NCBI GenBank assembly: GCA_963752995.1
Contig: CAVWAZ010000030.1
Coordinates: 851,151-915,150, forward strand
Length of the DNA stretch: 64,000 nucleotides
Direction of reading: 5' to 3'
Source of the DNA: an uncultured delta proteobacterium
GTDB taxonomy: Bacteria; Desulfobacterota_D; UBA1144; Nemesobacterales; UBA2774
Shown: positions 20,472-31,556 of the stretch, piece after piece
Numbering within the stretch: the first letter of the stretch is position 1
Layout of the letters: each line of letters begins with the position of its first letter
Translations under genes and position numbers: made by a program
The notes under the pieces: generated by a model
Databases searched by the model: none
The model's input: the letters and a program-made list of their open reading frames with translations, nothing else
Told to the model about the DNA's origin: nothing

Positions 20472-21614
20472 TTACACCCTTAGCCGGTCACAGATATCCC
20501 TTATCAGATGAACGGCCTTGTCTACTTCATCAAAAGTATTCTCTACTGAAAAACTGAACCGGATGCTTGAATACGCCTCGGATTCCGATAGCCCCATCGA
20601 GCACAGCACGTACGAGGGCGAGACCTCGAAGTTGGTGCATGCGGAGCTCTGGGAGCACCTCACTCCCGCCCCGTCCAGCTCCCTTACGAGCTTCCTCCCG
20701 TCTATTCCTCCGAACATAATATTCGTGGTGTTGCATACCCTGTTCTTTGCATCGCCGTTTACCCTCGTCCCCGGGACGAAATCGAGCACCATGGCTTCGA
20801 ACCTGTCCCTCAATTCCTTCATGTAGGCGGCGAGGCGTGTCAAATCGTTCTTTCTGAGCTCCGAGGCTTTACCGAGCCCGACGATCCCCGGCAGGTTCTC
20901 GGTCCCCGGTCTGAATCCGTCCTCCTGAAACCCGCCGAACAATATCGGCGCGAGATGGAATTTGTCCTTCGTGTAAATGACCCCTGTTCCCTGGGGCCCG
21001 TGGAACTTGTGCCCCGTAAAAGTAAGGAAATCGAAGGGGAGTTTTTCTACGCTCATTTCGAGCTTGCCTACGGCCTGCGCAGCGTCCGTGTGGAAAGGCA
21101 CCCCCCTCTCTCGGCACATCTCCCCCACTTCGACGACAGGCTGTATGACGCCGGTTTCGTTGTTGACCCACTGCACCGAGACGAGCGAAGTATCCTCGTT
21201 TATCATTTTCCTGAGCTCGTCCAGGTCGATTATGCCCTTCGGGTCGACCTTTATCAGCTTTATCTCGACGCCGTTTATACAGAGGTAGCTGCACATCTTC
21301 CTTATGGACGAGTGCTCCACGGTTGTCGTGATCACGCGGCATTTCTTTCCCTTGCCCCTCGTCGAGGAATAGAACGCCATATTGTTCGACTCCGTCCCCG
21401 AGCTTGTGAACGTGATCTTGGAGGGGGTAGTGTCTATAAGCGCCGCGACCTTTTCCCTGGCGTTTGCGAGGTGTCTCCTCGCCCTCTCGCCCCTCGAGTG
21501 GGCGCTCGAGGGGTTCCCGAATTCGTCGCCCAGTATCTTATAGACCTCTTCCCTCACTTCGGGAAGCGGCTTCGTCGTTGCGTTGTTATCGAGGTAGATT
21601 TCCCTGTGTTCCAT
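20472..21614 (-). CDS. Cysteine desulfurase (NifS/IscS, class V aminotransferase)
   Basis: IYLDNNATT start, PLP-lysine context FLTFTGHKFHGPQGTGV, and catalytic Cys loop SSACTNFEVSPSYVLCSMG. The homology start is MEHREIYLD, at 21614. Confidence 0.85.
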   Translation of the reverse strand: MEHREIYLDNNATTKPLPEVREEVYKILGDEFGNPSSAHSRGERARRHLANAREKVAALIDTTPSKITFTSSGTESNNMAFYSSTRGKGKKCRVITTTVEHSSIRKMCSYLCINGVEIKLIKVDPKGIIDLDELRKMINEDTSLVSVQWVNNETGVIQPVVEVGEMCRERGVPFHTDAAQAVGKLEMSVEKLPFDFLTFTGHKFHGPQGTGVIYTKDKFHLAPILFGGFQEDGFRPGTENLPGIVGLGKASELRKNDLTRLAAYMKELRDRFEAMVLDFVPGTRVNGDAKNRVCNTTNIMFGGIDGRKLVRELDGAGVRCSQSSACTNFEVSPSYVLCSMGLSESEAYSSIRFSFSVENTFDEVDKAVHLIRDICDRLRV

Positions 21615-21748
21615 AACCCGGCCCGATCTCAGGATATTATACATTATTTGGAGTTATTTGTTTGTTTGGAGCACAGGCGGTCTGCATAGAGCTAATCGTT
21701 TTCGCCTTTTAAAAGTGCGGGTTTATATGTATCAGGGGGGGGTATTTA

Positions 21749-22144
21749 TCAGGGCCCTTTTTCGAGGTCGTATTCTTCAGGGGTCATTATCGTGATGCAG
21801 GGCCTGTGATCCGCTCTTTCGAGGGGGCCCAGGTGTGACATCAGCTGCACGTTTTCCTCTTTCCCCGCCCTCGTAAGGGGCACGGGGAAGTATATCAGGT
21901 TGGATTTATTGTTCAGGCGGTGGACTCTTATGAAATAGAGGAGCTTATCCAGTATGCTTCTTAACCTTCTTTTCTCATCTTCCTCCGTCTTCGAGCCCGC
22001 GCCGTCGCCCGTAATCCAGCTGTCCCAGACCGTCGAAGTAATAAAGACGGGGACAAGCAGGCCCGCTTCCTTCGCCGTCTCGGAGATGTCCCTCTGCTTC
22101 CCTTCCTCGATCGCCTGTTTTCTCGTTTGAATTCCGGTTTTCAT
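21749..22144 (-). CDS. Hypothetical protein
   Basis: 131 aa, protein-like composition, 17 nt downstream of the cyclase gene on the same strand. No motif recognised. Confidence 0.45.
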   Translation of the reverse strand: MKTGIQTRKQAIEEGKQRDISETAKEAGLLVPVFITSTVWDSWITGDGAGSKTEEDEKRRLRSILDKLLYFIRVHRLNNKSNLIYFPVPLTRAGKEENVQLMSHLGPLERADHRPCITIMTPEEYDLEKGP

Positions 22145-22161
22145 ACTAATATTTTACCCGC

Positions 22162-22986
22162 TCAATTCGTTTCAGGGACAAGCGCCACGATCCTGAGAGG
22201 CCCTCCGCTCCCGCCTTTTATTTTCATCGGGAGCGCGATTACGAAAGCGCCCTTCGGCGGCAGCCTGTCCAGGTTCGCGACGTTCTCGAAAGCCGGTATG
22301 TTCTCGCTGAACAATATCCTGTGGCTTTCGAACAGCTGCGACTGCCCGTAATCTATGCTCGGGGTGTCGAGGCCTATAGCGCTTATATTGCGGTTTTCCG
22401 TCAGCCACTTCGCGGCCGCGGGGTCGAGGCCCGGGAAATGAAGCTCCTTGACCGCCTCCTGTCCCTTTTTATCCGTCCCCATATATTTCACCTTGTCCGG
22501 CCAATACTTCGCATAGCCCGTATTGAGGAGGACTATGGAATCGCCGGGGATCCTTCCGTTGACGCCCTCCCATTCCGTAAAGTCTTCTATGCCGATCTGG
22601 TAATCGGGGTCGGACGCGGCTTTCTTCGATACGTCGATAACTACAGCGTTGCCTGTGAGACTTTCTATAGGTATTTCGTCGAGGGTCTGCTTGCCCTCGG
22701 CAAAGTGCCGGGGCGCGTCTATGTGTGTCCCCCCGTGCTCCTCGGCCGTATATTTATTCGCGGCGTAATAGTAGCCCTTGTCCGTAGTCCCGTCGAATAC
22801 GGTCTCGAGCTTGAACCCTTCTCCCGTCGGCCAGTAGACCGTATCGCTCGAGAAATCGTGCGTGAGGTCGATCCATTTCCCCTGAGGGAATTGCGCCGGA
22901 GCCTGCTGAGAGAACCCCCGCTCCGCGCATACTGTGGAAATAACAAAAGCAAGACTGAGTGCGATTGTCTTAATATCGATTTTCAT
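22162..22986 (-). CDS. Cyclase-family protein (kynurenine formamidase-like), with N-terminal signal peptide
   Basis: HGGTHIDAPRHF matches the HxGTHxDxPxH putative-cyclase metal-binding motif. N-terminal signal peptide MKIDIKTIALSLAFVISTVCA. Confidence 0.8.
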   Translation of the reverse strand: MKIDIKTIALSLAFVISTVCAERGFSQQAPAQFPQGKWIDLTHDFSSDTVYWPTGEGFKLETVFDGTTDKGYYYAANKYTAEEHGGTHIDAPRHFAEGKQTLDEIPIESLTGNAVVIDVSKKAASDPDYQIGIEDFTEWEGVNGRIPGDSIVLLNTGYAKYWPDKVKYMGTDKKGQEAVKELHFPGLDPAAAKWLTENRNISAIGLDTPSIDYGQSQLFESHRILFSENIPAFENVANLDRLPPKGAFVIALPMKIKGGSGGPLRIVALVPETN

Positions 22987-23007
22987 CCCTCACCTTTTTT
23001 ATGCCCG

Positions 23008-23799
23008 TCATTTTTTTTCGTATTCCACATCCTTTACCTCGCCCCCGCTAATTGTACTCAAATCCGCGTTATAAAAATCGCTCGTTTCCGGAAGCGATAC
23101 GTCGAGCCCTCTCGAATAATCGATCTCTATTTTCACGTCGCTTATAGTGCAGTCGAGCACGTGCCCCCCCGATTCTTTATCTTCAGAAATAAAATGCAGG
23201 TGGAATCCCGCCGCGTTTATATCCTTCATGTATTCCGGCAGCCAGAAACCCGCCATGGTCCCCCTTACATTTTTCAGATCGAAGTACGATTGGTGCTTGA
23301 CCGCTTCCGTAAGCGGCGGGAACGGTTTTTTCTGTCTCGGCACGCTTCTCGTCTTTACATTATCGAACGATCCTTCCACTTTTAGCGCATAGAATATGTT
23401 TTTCGAAGGTAAGAGGGTTTCGATATAGCTTTCGAGCTCCCTGCAGCCGAGCGGCTTCGTGAGCGTGAGGCTCTTGTCCGGCTCGAAAAACGTGACCGCC
23501 GCAAACGGCGTCCTTGCCGTATCGGGCACCACGAAAACCTTCCCGTCCGATCTCACCTGATAGAAAACCCCGTCGAGCCCTATCATCTCTCCGTCGAGGT
23601 CGTTGAGGGTGCCGAGGCCGAAGTCCCCGCGCTTCTTCAATTCGCCGAATGTGTAGTCCCCGTCGTACACCCCCTCCATGAGCGCGTCTATCGTCGAGGT
23701 CTGGAATATAGAATCGCTCTCGTCCCCCGCTCGCGCGGGCGATGCGCAAACGAGGGCCAGGGTTATAACTATCGAATATTTCAGAATGGACATCTTCAT
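23008..23799 (-). CDS. Alpha-acetolactate decarboxylase family protein with signal peptide
   Basis: Conserved FQTSTIDALMEGVYDGDYTFGELKKRGDFGLGTLNDLDGEMIGLDGVFYQ...FHLHFISEDKESGGHVLD, typical of ALDC. N-terminal signal peptide with AxA site (ALVCASPARAG). Confidence 0.75.
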   Translation of the reverse strand: MKMSILKYSIVITLALVCASPARAGDESDSIFQTSTIDALMEGVYDGDYTFGELKKRGDFGLGTLNDLDGEMIGLDGVFYQVRSDGKVFVVPDTARTPFAAVTFFEPDKSLTLTKPLGCRELESYIETLLPSKNIFYALKVEGSFDNVKTRSVPRQKKPFPPLTEAVKHQSYFDLKNVRGTMAGFWLPEYMKDINAAGFHLHFISEDKESGGHVLDCTISDVKIEIDYSRGLDVSLPETSDFYNADLSTISGGEVKDVEYEKK

Positions 23800-23803
23800 C
23801 TCC

Positions 23804-24349
23804 CTATTCTTCCGATTCTCTCTGTAAGAGCTTGATGTATTCCCTTTCCGTAATAATATCCCTGTTCGATTCGAGACGGTCGAGGAAGAGGACTCCGTTC
23901 AGGTGGTCGTACTCGTGCTGGAATATCCTGGCTATGAAGTCCGAGAGCTCCCTCTCTTCAACCTTTCCGTCCCTCGAAATGTATTTGACGCGCACGTAGC
24001 TGTGGCGCGGGACGAGTCCCCTTATGCCCGGTATGCTGAGGCACCCCTCCCAGCCTTTCACCGTTTCGTCGGAGTATGAAATTATTTCTGGGTTGATTAC
24101 CGCCTCAGGCTCCATCAGGGGCGCATCGGGGTATCGTACGTTCGGGCGTGAGGAGATTATGAATATGCGTTTCGGCACGTCTACCTGAGGGGCGGCGATC
24201 CCGACGCCGTTCGCGTTGATCCCTGTCGCTATAAGGTCGTCTATAAAGCTCTGCACCCCGGGGTCGTGTATGTTATCGACCTCGCGTGCCCTCTCCCTGA
24301 GTATGGGGTTCCCCATCTCCGCGATTTCCAGAATTTTTCCAGGCTCCAT
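23804..24349 (-). CDS. def: Peptide deformylase
   Basis: Three PDF motifs: GVGIAAPQV, EGCLSIPG and QHEYDHLNG. Confidence 0.9.
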   Translation of the reverse strand: MEPGKILEIAEMGNPILRERAREVDNIHDPGVQSFIDDLIATGINANGVGIAAPQVDVPKRIFIISSRPNVRYPDAPLMEPEAVINPEIISYSDETVKGWEGCLSIPGIRGLVPRHSYVRVKYISRDGKVEERELSDFIARIFQHEYDHLNGVLFLDRLESNRDIITEREYIKLLQRESEE

Positions 24350-24466
24350 TTTATCCCGAACGATTAACTCCGCTGCGAATATCCGCTAAGTTTACCAAAT
24401 AATAGCGGCAAATTATAATAAGAGGCCGGGTTATGTCACCTGGGCAAAGACAGTAAGGTCATTTTT

Positions 24467-25967
24467 ATGAATCGAATAGCGCTGATCGAAATGCTGGCTT
24501 CCTATAGCGATAGAGTCGCAATAACCGATTCCAGGGGGTCTTACTCCTATGAAGACCTGCTCGCTTCCTCGTGCTCGGTTGCGTCGAGCCTTCTCTCGAA
24601 GGAAAACGATTTGAAAGAAAAACGGGTCGCGTTCATGATACCTTCCTCATTCGAGTACGCTGCCGTCATGCTGGGAGCCTGGCTCGCGGGCGGCATAGCC
24701 GTGCCTCTTTGCGTCTCGCATCCCGACCCCGAGCTCGATTACGTAATAGAAAACTCGGGCGCCGGATACGTCATTGCCTCGCCCGAATTCGAAGAGAGAC
24801 TCTCTCGGCTCGCTGCGCTCAGGGGCGCCGTGTTTATACGGTCCGGGGACGCGCTCCATCCTCAGAGCCGGCCTTTGCCGGGTCGTGAGCGGGAAAAGGA
24901 GGGCGATGATTATATACACGAGCGGGACCACGAGCAGGCCCAAGGGCGTCGTAACGACGCACGAAAACATTAAGGCCCAGATCGGGTCTCTCGCCCTGGC
25001 GTGGGAGTGGTCACGGAGCGATTTTATACTCAACGTGCTCCCCCTCCACCACCTCCACGGCATCATGAACGTGCTCCTCTGCGCGCTCTTCTCGGGCGCG
25101 CACTCGGAGCTCATGCAGGGATTCGATTCCCGGCGTGTGTGGGAGAAATTCATGGGGCGGGACTACACCCTTTTTATGGCCGTACCGACCATCTATTCGA
25201 GGCTCATACGCTCGTGGGACGAAGCGGGTGACGAAGAGAAGAAAATGATGAGCGCGGCCTGCCGGGGGATGCGCCTCATGGTCTCGGGCTCGGCCGCGCT
25301 GCCGGTGAGCACGCTCGAGAGATGGAGGGAGATAAGCGGCCATGTGCTCCTTGAACGCTACGGTATGACCGAGATAGGCATGGCGCTCTCGAACCCCCTC
25401 CGTGGGGAGAGAATGCCCGGCCGCGTGGGGAAGCCCCTTCCGGGCGTCGATGTGGGGCTGATCGACGAGGGCGGGGGCGTGATCGATGGAGAAGGGTTGG
25501 GAGAGATAATAGTTAGGGGAAAAAACGTGTTCCTCGAGTATTGGAACGACCCCGAAGCCACGCGAGGGTCTTTTACAGAGGCGGGATGGTTCAAAACCGG
25601 CGATCTCGCCGAAAGGAGCGGAGACGGCGTCTACAGGATTCTCGGCAGAAAATCTGTCGATATTATCAAGAGCGGCGGTTACAAGATTTCGGCGCTCGAG
25701 ATCGAGGAGGTCCTGAGGGGACACCCTGATATAGAAGATTGCGCGGTCGTCGGTCTCGGGGACGACGAGTGGGGTGAGAGGGTGTGCGCCGCCCTCGTTC
25801 TCAAGGGAGAAAAAAATGTAAGTCCCGAATCCGTGAGGGAATGGTGCAGGGAGCGGCTCGCCCCGTACAAGGTCCCTTCGAGGATTTTAGTGGTCAAAGA
25901 GCTTCCCCGTAACCGGATGGGCAAGGTAACAAAGCCCGAAGTCATTCAATTATTCAAGTCTGTTTAA
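24467..25967 (+). CDS. AMP-dependent acyl-CoA synthetase/ligase, one gene with a frame change near 24875-24885
   Basis: ORF 24467..24973 is the N-terminal part. ORF 24774..25967 becomes protein-like from AMIIYTSGTTSRPKGVV (AMP-binding motif I) and runs through motif II (YGMTEIG), GDL...GRKSVDIIKSGGYKIS and the C-terminal K(P). The join is at ccgggtcgtgagcggg. Confidence 0.8.
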
Positions 25968-26078
25968 ACTACAAAACGGCGTCGAATCATCTGACTTTAA
26001 AAATAAAAATACATTAAAACTAGATCTGAATATGTATACTATACGTATGGTGTTAAGAGGCGCGAACGGGGTGAGATA

Positions 26079-26795
26079 ATGAATATTAATCTAATTTCCT
26101 CAATAGTCCTGGCGTTAACGGTAATTTCCTTCCCCTTATGGGCCGGGGGACAGAATTTAGGCTCGAAGAGCGGAAATCTCGGTCAAAAAGCGGGGCAGTC
26201 GAAACAGGTTACGAATAACAAAACCCAACCCAATAATATTGCCGGAAAAAACGTCGGCCGTAACCCCGGTCGGGATCAGGGGTTCAATAGCAATTTCAAC
26301 AAAAACCATAATAACGGGCATGATTTTTCTGACAATAAAGACCATTCGCACGACGGTCATGATAAATGGCATGGTCATAATCAGCACCACAAGCGCCCTC
26401 ATAAATTTAATCCCCTCTATGCCCCGTACTACTATTTTGGGTATAACGGCTATGCGCCTTACACGAACTATTATGCTTATGCGGACCCTGACTATCCGCT
26501 CGGTTACGGAACTACGCTCGGCACCACTCTCGAAAGGCCGAGCAACCTGGAGGTAAATCAGTTCGGTCAGGACTCACCTGCCCCCGCGGAATACCAGCAG
26601 GATAATCCGGATGCCGGGTATGTGAATACGGATTCTCCCGAGCAGGACGCTGCCGACTACTACAACCCTCCGCCGGCGGAAGAGCAAACCATTTATGTAT
26701 GGGTCGACGAGAGCGGGGTCAGGAATTATGCGAATGACCTGGATCTTGTACCGCTCGGGTATAGGGATATAGTCACGACCCTCGGCGCCGAGTAA
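26079..26795 (+). CDS. Secreted low-complexity protein: N/Q/G-rich, His-rich and Tyr-rich segments, C-terminal DUF4124-like module
   Basis: Signal peptide MNINLISSIVLALTVISFPLWAGG; His cluster HDFSDNKDHSHDGHDKWHGHNQHHKRPH; Tyr cluster YAPYYYFGYNGYAPYTNYYAYADPDYPLGY; C-terminal IYVWVDESGVRNYANDLDLVP resembles the DUF4124 core. Locally AT-rich codons. Confidence 0.55.
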   Translation: MNINLISSIVLALTVISFPLWAGGQNLGSKSGNLGQKAGQSKQVTNNKTQPNNIAGKNVGRNPGRDQGFNSNFNKNHNNGHDFSDNKDHSHDGHDKWHGHNQHHKRPHKFNPLYAPYYYFGYNGYAPYTNYYAYADPDYPLGYGTTLGTTLERPSNLEVNQFGQDSPAPAEYQQDNPDAGYVNTDSPEQDAADYYNPPPAEEQTIYVWVDESGVRNYANDLDLVPLGYRDIVTTLGAE

Positions 26796-26990
26796 CGGCA
26801 TCTTAGCAATAAACCCGAAATTCTTAAGTTTTTCTCCTTCCCGATAATTTATTTCTGTAATCCTTCAGGAAATAAATAATTCCAATCGACGGGTTCCCCG
26901 GGCGCGCTCCGGGGGGCTCCGGGCGGGGTCTCCCGAATATTTGCGCCCCGCATTATTGACAATCCCATCCTGAGTTGTTAAACAATTAGT

Positions 26991-28085
26991 GTGAAATTGA
27001 AGAGAACGGCGATGTTTCCCATCCACCTGCAGCTGGGAGCGAGGATAGTCGAATTTGCGGGATGGGAGATGCCCGTTCAGTACGAGGGACTGAGGGAGGA
27101 GCATCTCGCCGTCAGACGCGCTGCGGGGCTGTTCGATGTGAGCCATATGGGAGAGATAGAGATAAGTGGAAAGGAAGCCGCGCTATTCTGTCAGCGTATA
27201 ACGACGAACGATATACACGGCGTAAAGGACTTTCAGGCCCAGTACACGCTCTTATGCAATCATAGAGGCGGTGTCGTGGACGACGTTATTCTATACAAGC
27301 TCCCGGACGAGAATTATCTCTTCTGCGTAAACGCGTCCAATACCGCTAAAGACTATGCATGGATAATCGGGGCCAAAGAAAATTTTCAGGTGGAGATCGA
27401 AGACAGGAGCGGCAAATACTCCCAGATCGCCCTCCAGGGCCCGCGCTCGGAGGAAATTTTATCGGAATGCCTGTCGTCGGATATGAGTACGCTCCGGAGG
27501 TTCTATTTCCTTCCGTTTACGTGGAACGGGATGGAGATGCTCATAGCCAGGACGGGATATACGGGGGAAGACGGGTTCGAGATATTTCTACCCTGGGATG
27601 GGGGTCCCCTGCTCTGGACGGGCTTAATGGAGTCCGGGCGGGCCCATGGTATCGAGCCCTGCGGATTGGGGGCGCGCGACACGCTCAGGCTCGACATGGG
27701 TTACTCGCTCTACGGGCATGAGATAAACGATGACATAAACCCTTTCGAAGCCGGTCTCGGCAGGTACGTGAAGATGGACGCCGGGGATTTTATAGGCAGA
27801 GACGCGTTAACTAAAGTTCTTGCGGACGGCGTAAAACACCGCATATACGGTTTTGAAATGATAGACCGCGGTATCCCGAGAGAGGGTTACGGGGTATTTA
27901 AAGACGGTTCCCGGATCGGCAGCGTTACGAGCGGGACTTTATCCCCCAGCCTTGAAAAATCGATAGGGATGGGTTATCTAACAAGTGATGTCGCCTTAGG
28001 CGACAGGATACAAATCGAAATAAGGAACACGTTCAGGGAAGCTCGGGTAGTAAATATTCCCTTTTATAAAAAGGATGTTAATTAA
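26991..28085 (+). CDS. gcvT: Glycine cleavage system T protein (aminomethyltransferase)
   Basis: PLHLQLGA...F.GWEMPVQY...EHLAVRRAAGLFDVSHMG... diagnostic of GcvT; 364 aa. Confidence 0.9.
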   Translation: MKLKRTAMFPIHLQLGARIVEFAGWEMPVQYEGLREEHLAVRRAAGLFDVSHMGEIEISGKEAALFCQRITTNDIHGVKDFQAQYTLLCNHRGGVVDDVILYKLPDENYLFCVNASNTAKDYAWIIGAKENFQVEIEDRSGKYSQIALQGPRSEEILSECLSSDMSTLRRFYFLPFTWNGMEMLIARTGYTGEDGFEIFLPWDGGPLLWTGLMESGRAHGIEPCGLGARDTLRLDMGYSLYGHEINDDINPFEAGLGRYVKMDAGDFIGRDALTKVLADGVKHRIYGFEMIDRGIPREGYGVFKDGSRIGSVTSGTLSPSLEKSIGMGYLTSDVALGDRIQIEIRNTFREARVVNIPFYKKDVN

Positions 28086-28097
28086 GGAGATCTGACG

Positions 28098-28490
28098 ATG
28101 GTACAAATTCCTGACGAACTCAAATACACCGGTGATCACGAATGGGCGATGGAAGAGGGTGATTTGCTCGTGATCGGTATTACGGATTACGCGCAGGACG
28201 CTCTCGGCGAGATCGTTTATATCGAGCTCCCCAGCGAAGGGGACGAGATAACCAAGGGCGACCCTTTCGGAGCGGTGGAATCGACAAAGGCAGTGTCCGA
28301 TCTCTATGCACCTGTGAGCGGCGATGTCGTGGAAGTCAACGAGGTCCTTCTGGACGCTCCGGAAACTATCAACGGAGACCCTTACGGGGAAGGGTGGATG
28401 ATAAAGGTAAGGCCTTACGATCCGAGCGAGCTGAAAGATTTGATGGACTTCGAGGACTACGCGGAATATGTAGAGAAGGAGATGGAATAA
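28098..28490 (+). CDS. gcvH: Glycine cleavage system H protein (lipoyl carrier)
   Basis: 130 aa. Lipoyl-lysine context PFGAVESTKAVSDLYAPVSG. Confidence 0.9.
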   Translation: MVQIPDELKYTGDHEWAMEEGDLLVIGITDYAQDALGEIVYIELPSEGDEITKGDPFGAVESTKAVSDLYAPVSGDVVEVNEVLLDAPETINGDPYGEGWMIKVRPYDPSELKDLMDFEDYAEYVEKEME

Positions 28491-28610
28491 TAGATTTGAC
28501 AGACGGGCACTTTCTGGGCTTCGCATTCAGTGATTACGCCCTTATCTATCCGGGCGGATAATTTTTCCTTCGGTAAATAATTATAAAATCCCGGTGTTAT
28601 ATATAGCCAA

Positions 28611-31515
28611 ATGAAAACAGATCAGGACGGATACCGTACATTTGCGAGGAGGCACATAGGCCCGGGTCATTCGGAGCTCGATGCCATGCTCGGAGTAGTC
28701 GGCGCCGGGTCCCTCGACGAGCTCATAGACGAGACTGTCCCGTCGTCGATCAGGCTTAAAAAACAATTGAACCTCCCTCCGGGCATAAGCGAGCATGAGC
28801 TCCTGGAGGAGCTCCGCGCAAAGGCCGCCATGAACAGGGTCTGTAAGTCCTATATCGGGCTCGGCTATTACGACTGCGTCACGCCGGGCGTCATACAGAG
28901 GAACGTCCTCGAAAACCCCGGCTGGTATACGCAGTACACTCCTTATCAGGCCGAGATATCGCAGGGGCGTCTCGAAGCGCTCCTCAATTTCCAGACAATG
29001 GTCGTCGACCTCACCGGGATGGATATCTCAAACGCGTCCCTCCTCGACGAAGGCACCGCCGCGGCTGAGGCCATGACGATGCTTCACCGCGTCGCCGACA
29101 AGAAAAAAGGCGGCGGCGGCCAGGACGTCTTTTTTGTTTCCGAGAAATGCTTCCCCCAGACTATCGATGTATTGAGGACCCGCGCCGAGCCCCTGGGAAT
29201 AAGTCTCGAGGTCGGAGACCATACCCGGTTCGAATTCGCGGGCGGCGTGTTCGGCGCGCTCCTCCAGTACCCGGATTCGGACGGAGAGGTTTCCGGATAT
29301 TCCGAATTCATAAACAGGGCCCACGAGCGGGGCGCGCTCGTGGCTGTCGCCGCCGATCTGCTCTCCCTTACGCTCCTTACACCGCCCGGCGAATTCGGGG
29401 CCGACGCAGTCCTCGGCTCGGCGCAGAGGTTCGGCGTACCGCTCGGGTTCGGGGGACCGCACGCGGCATACTTCGCCACGCGGGAGGATTTCGCGCGCCA
29501 GATACCGGGCAGGATAATCGGGGTATCGATAGACTCTCACGGAAACCCCGCCTACAGAATGGCGCTGCAGACGAGGGAGCAGCACATAAGAAGGGAGAAA
29601 GCGACCTCGAACATATGCACCGCGCAGGCGCTCCTCGCCATAATGGCCTCGATGTATGCCGTCTATCACGGCCCCGCCGGGCTCAAGGCGATAGCCCGGA
29701 AAATCCACCGGTCGGCCGCCGTACTCGAAAACGAGCTCCTCAAGCTGGGAATTACCCAGACGAACAGGCATTACTTCGATACATTGAAAATAGACCTCGG
29801 AGAAGGCTCCGGGGATCTCATGGACAAAATCAGATCGAACGCGGAAAAGGCCCGTCTCAATTTCAACTACCGGGGCGGACGTCATATATGCATATCCCTC
29901 GACGAGACGACCGGGCCCGGGGACGTCCTCGATATCGTAAAGGTCTTTTCACTCTCCCTGGGGATTAAATCAACGGCTGAAAGTATAGATACGAATCTCG
30001 GGGAAGCCGGTTCGAGACTCCCGTCCGGGCTCGAGCGTAAAAGCGAGTACCTGAAACACCCGGTATTCAACAGCTTCCACTCCGAGACCCTCATGCTCCG
30101 GTATATAAAGAAACTTGAGAGTAAAGACCTTTCTCTCACCACCTCGATGATACCGCTCGGGTCCTGCACTATGAAGCTGAATGCGACTACCGAGATGGTC
30201 CCCGTAACGTGGCCCGAATTCTCCAGGCTCCATCCCTTCGCTCCCGCCGGTCAAACGCGGGGTTATTTGCGGATATTCAGGGAGCTCGAAAGGTATTTGT
30301 CCGCCATTACGGGGTTCCCGGCGGTCTCACTCCAGCCCAACTCGGGGGCCCAGGGCGAATACACGGGGCTCATGGTCATAAGGGCTTATTACAGGGACAG
30401 GGGCGAGAGCCGGAGGAACGTGGCGCTCATACCCTCGTCGGCGCACGGCACGAACCCCGCGAGCGCGGCCCTGGCGGGAATGAAGGTCGTCGTAGTCGAC
30501 TGCGACGAGCGCGGGAACATCGACCTCGGCTCGCTCAGGGAAAAAGGCCCGGGAGCACAGGGACGAGCTAGCCGCGCTCATGGTCACTTACCCGTCGACG
30601 CACGGCGTCTTCGAGGAAAAGATTAAGGAGATATGCTCCGTCGTCCACAAAAACGGCGGGCAGGTATACATGGACGGGGCCAATATGAACGCCCAGGTGG
30701 GTTTGACGAACCCGTCTATAATAGGCGCCGATATATGCCACATCAACCTGCATAAAACTTTCAGCATACCGCACGGCGGCGGCGGCCCCGGAATGGGCCC
30801 TATCTGCGCGCGGAAGCATCTGGCGCCTTACCTTCCCGGCCACGCGCTCGTAAAGACCGGAGGGGAGAAACCGATTCACGCCGTGGCCTCGGCCCCATGG
30901 GGGAGCGCGAGCATATTACTCGTCTCCTATGCCTATATCAGGATGCTCGGCAGGGACGGCGTTACGGACGCGACGAAATACGCCATACTGAACGCCAATT
31001 ACATAAAATCGAGACTCGAAAAAATTTATGACGTGCTTTATACGGGCTCGCGCGGAAGGGTGGCCCACGAATTCATACTCGATATGAGGCGTTTTAAGAA
31101 GGACGCCGGTATCGAGGTCGATGACGTGGCCAAGAGGCTCATGGATTACGGCTTCCACGCGCCTACGGTCTCATGGCCTGTAGCCGGGACCGTCATGATA
31201 GAGCCGACGGAGAGCGAAGCGAAAGAAGAGCTCGACCGTTTCTGCGACGCGCTCGTTTCCATAAACGAAGAGGTAAGGGAGATTTCCGAAGGTACGGCCG
31301 ACAGAGAAGACAACGTGCTCAAGAACGCCCCCCTCACGGCCCGCGAGGCGGCGGGGGATGCATGGACTCATCACTATTCGAGGCATGAGGCCGCCTACCC
31401 GCTCCCCTATCTCGAAGAGAATAAATTCTGGCCGCCGGTCGGGAGGATAAATAACCCTTACGGCGACAGGAACCTCATCTGCACCTGCCCGGATATAAAG
31501 TCCTACGAGGAATAA
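28611..31515 (+). CDS. gcvP: Glycine dehydrogenase (decarboxylating), single-chain P protein, with an apparent +1 indel at ~30548
   Basis: ORF 28611..30626 covers residues 1-~645 and ORF 30580..31515 the C-terminal part, including the PLP-Lys region [19 protein letters not shown]. Removing one G from gggaaaaaGGcccggg restores ...[28 protein letters not shown]. Confidence 0.85.
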
Positions 31516-31556
31516 CGCCCCCCAGCCGTTATTCCCTGCGCTTGGGAAACTCCCCC

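Noticed and set aside
20955-21689. 244 aa + ORF
   Set aside because: Antisense to the cysteine desulfurase gene.
22321-23385. 354 aa + ORF
   Set aside because: Antisense to the cyclase and ALDC-like genes, both of which have conserved motifs.
26800-26990. Glycine riboswitch upstream of gcvT
   Set aside because: Looked for the conserved GGAGAG/ACCGAAGGGGCAA/CTCTGGAGAG elements and found none. Only a GC-rich palindrome (CCCCGGgcgcgctCCGGGG) and a possible sigma-70 promoter are present.
29028-29968. 285 aa minus and 273 aa plus ORFs inside gcvP
   Set aside because: Alternative-frame and antisense shadows of the conserved gcvP frame.
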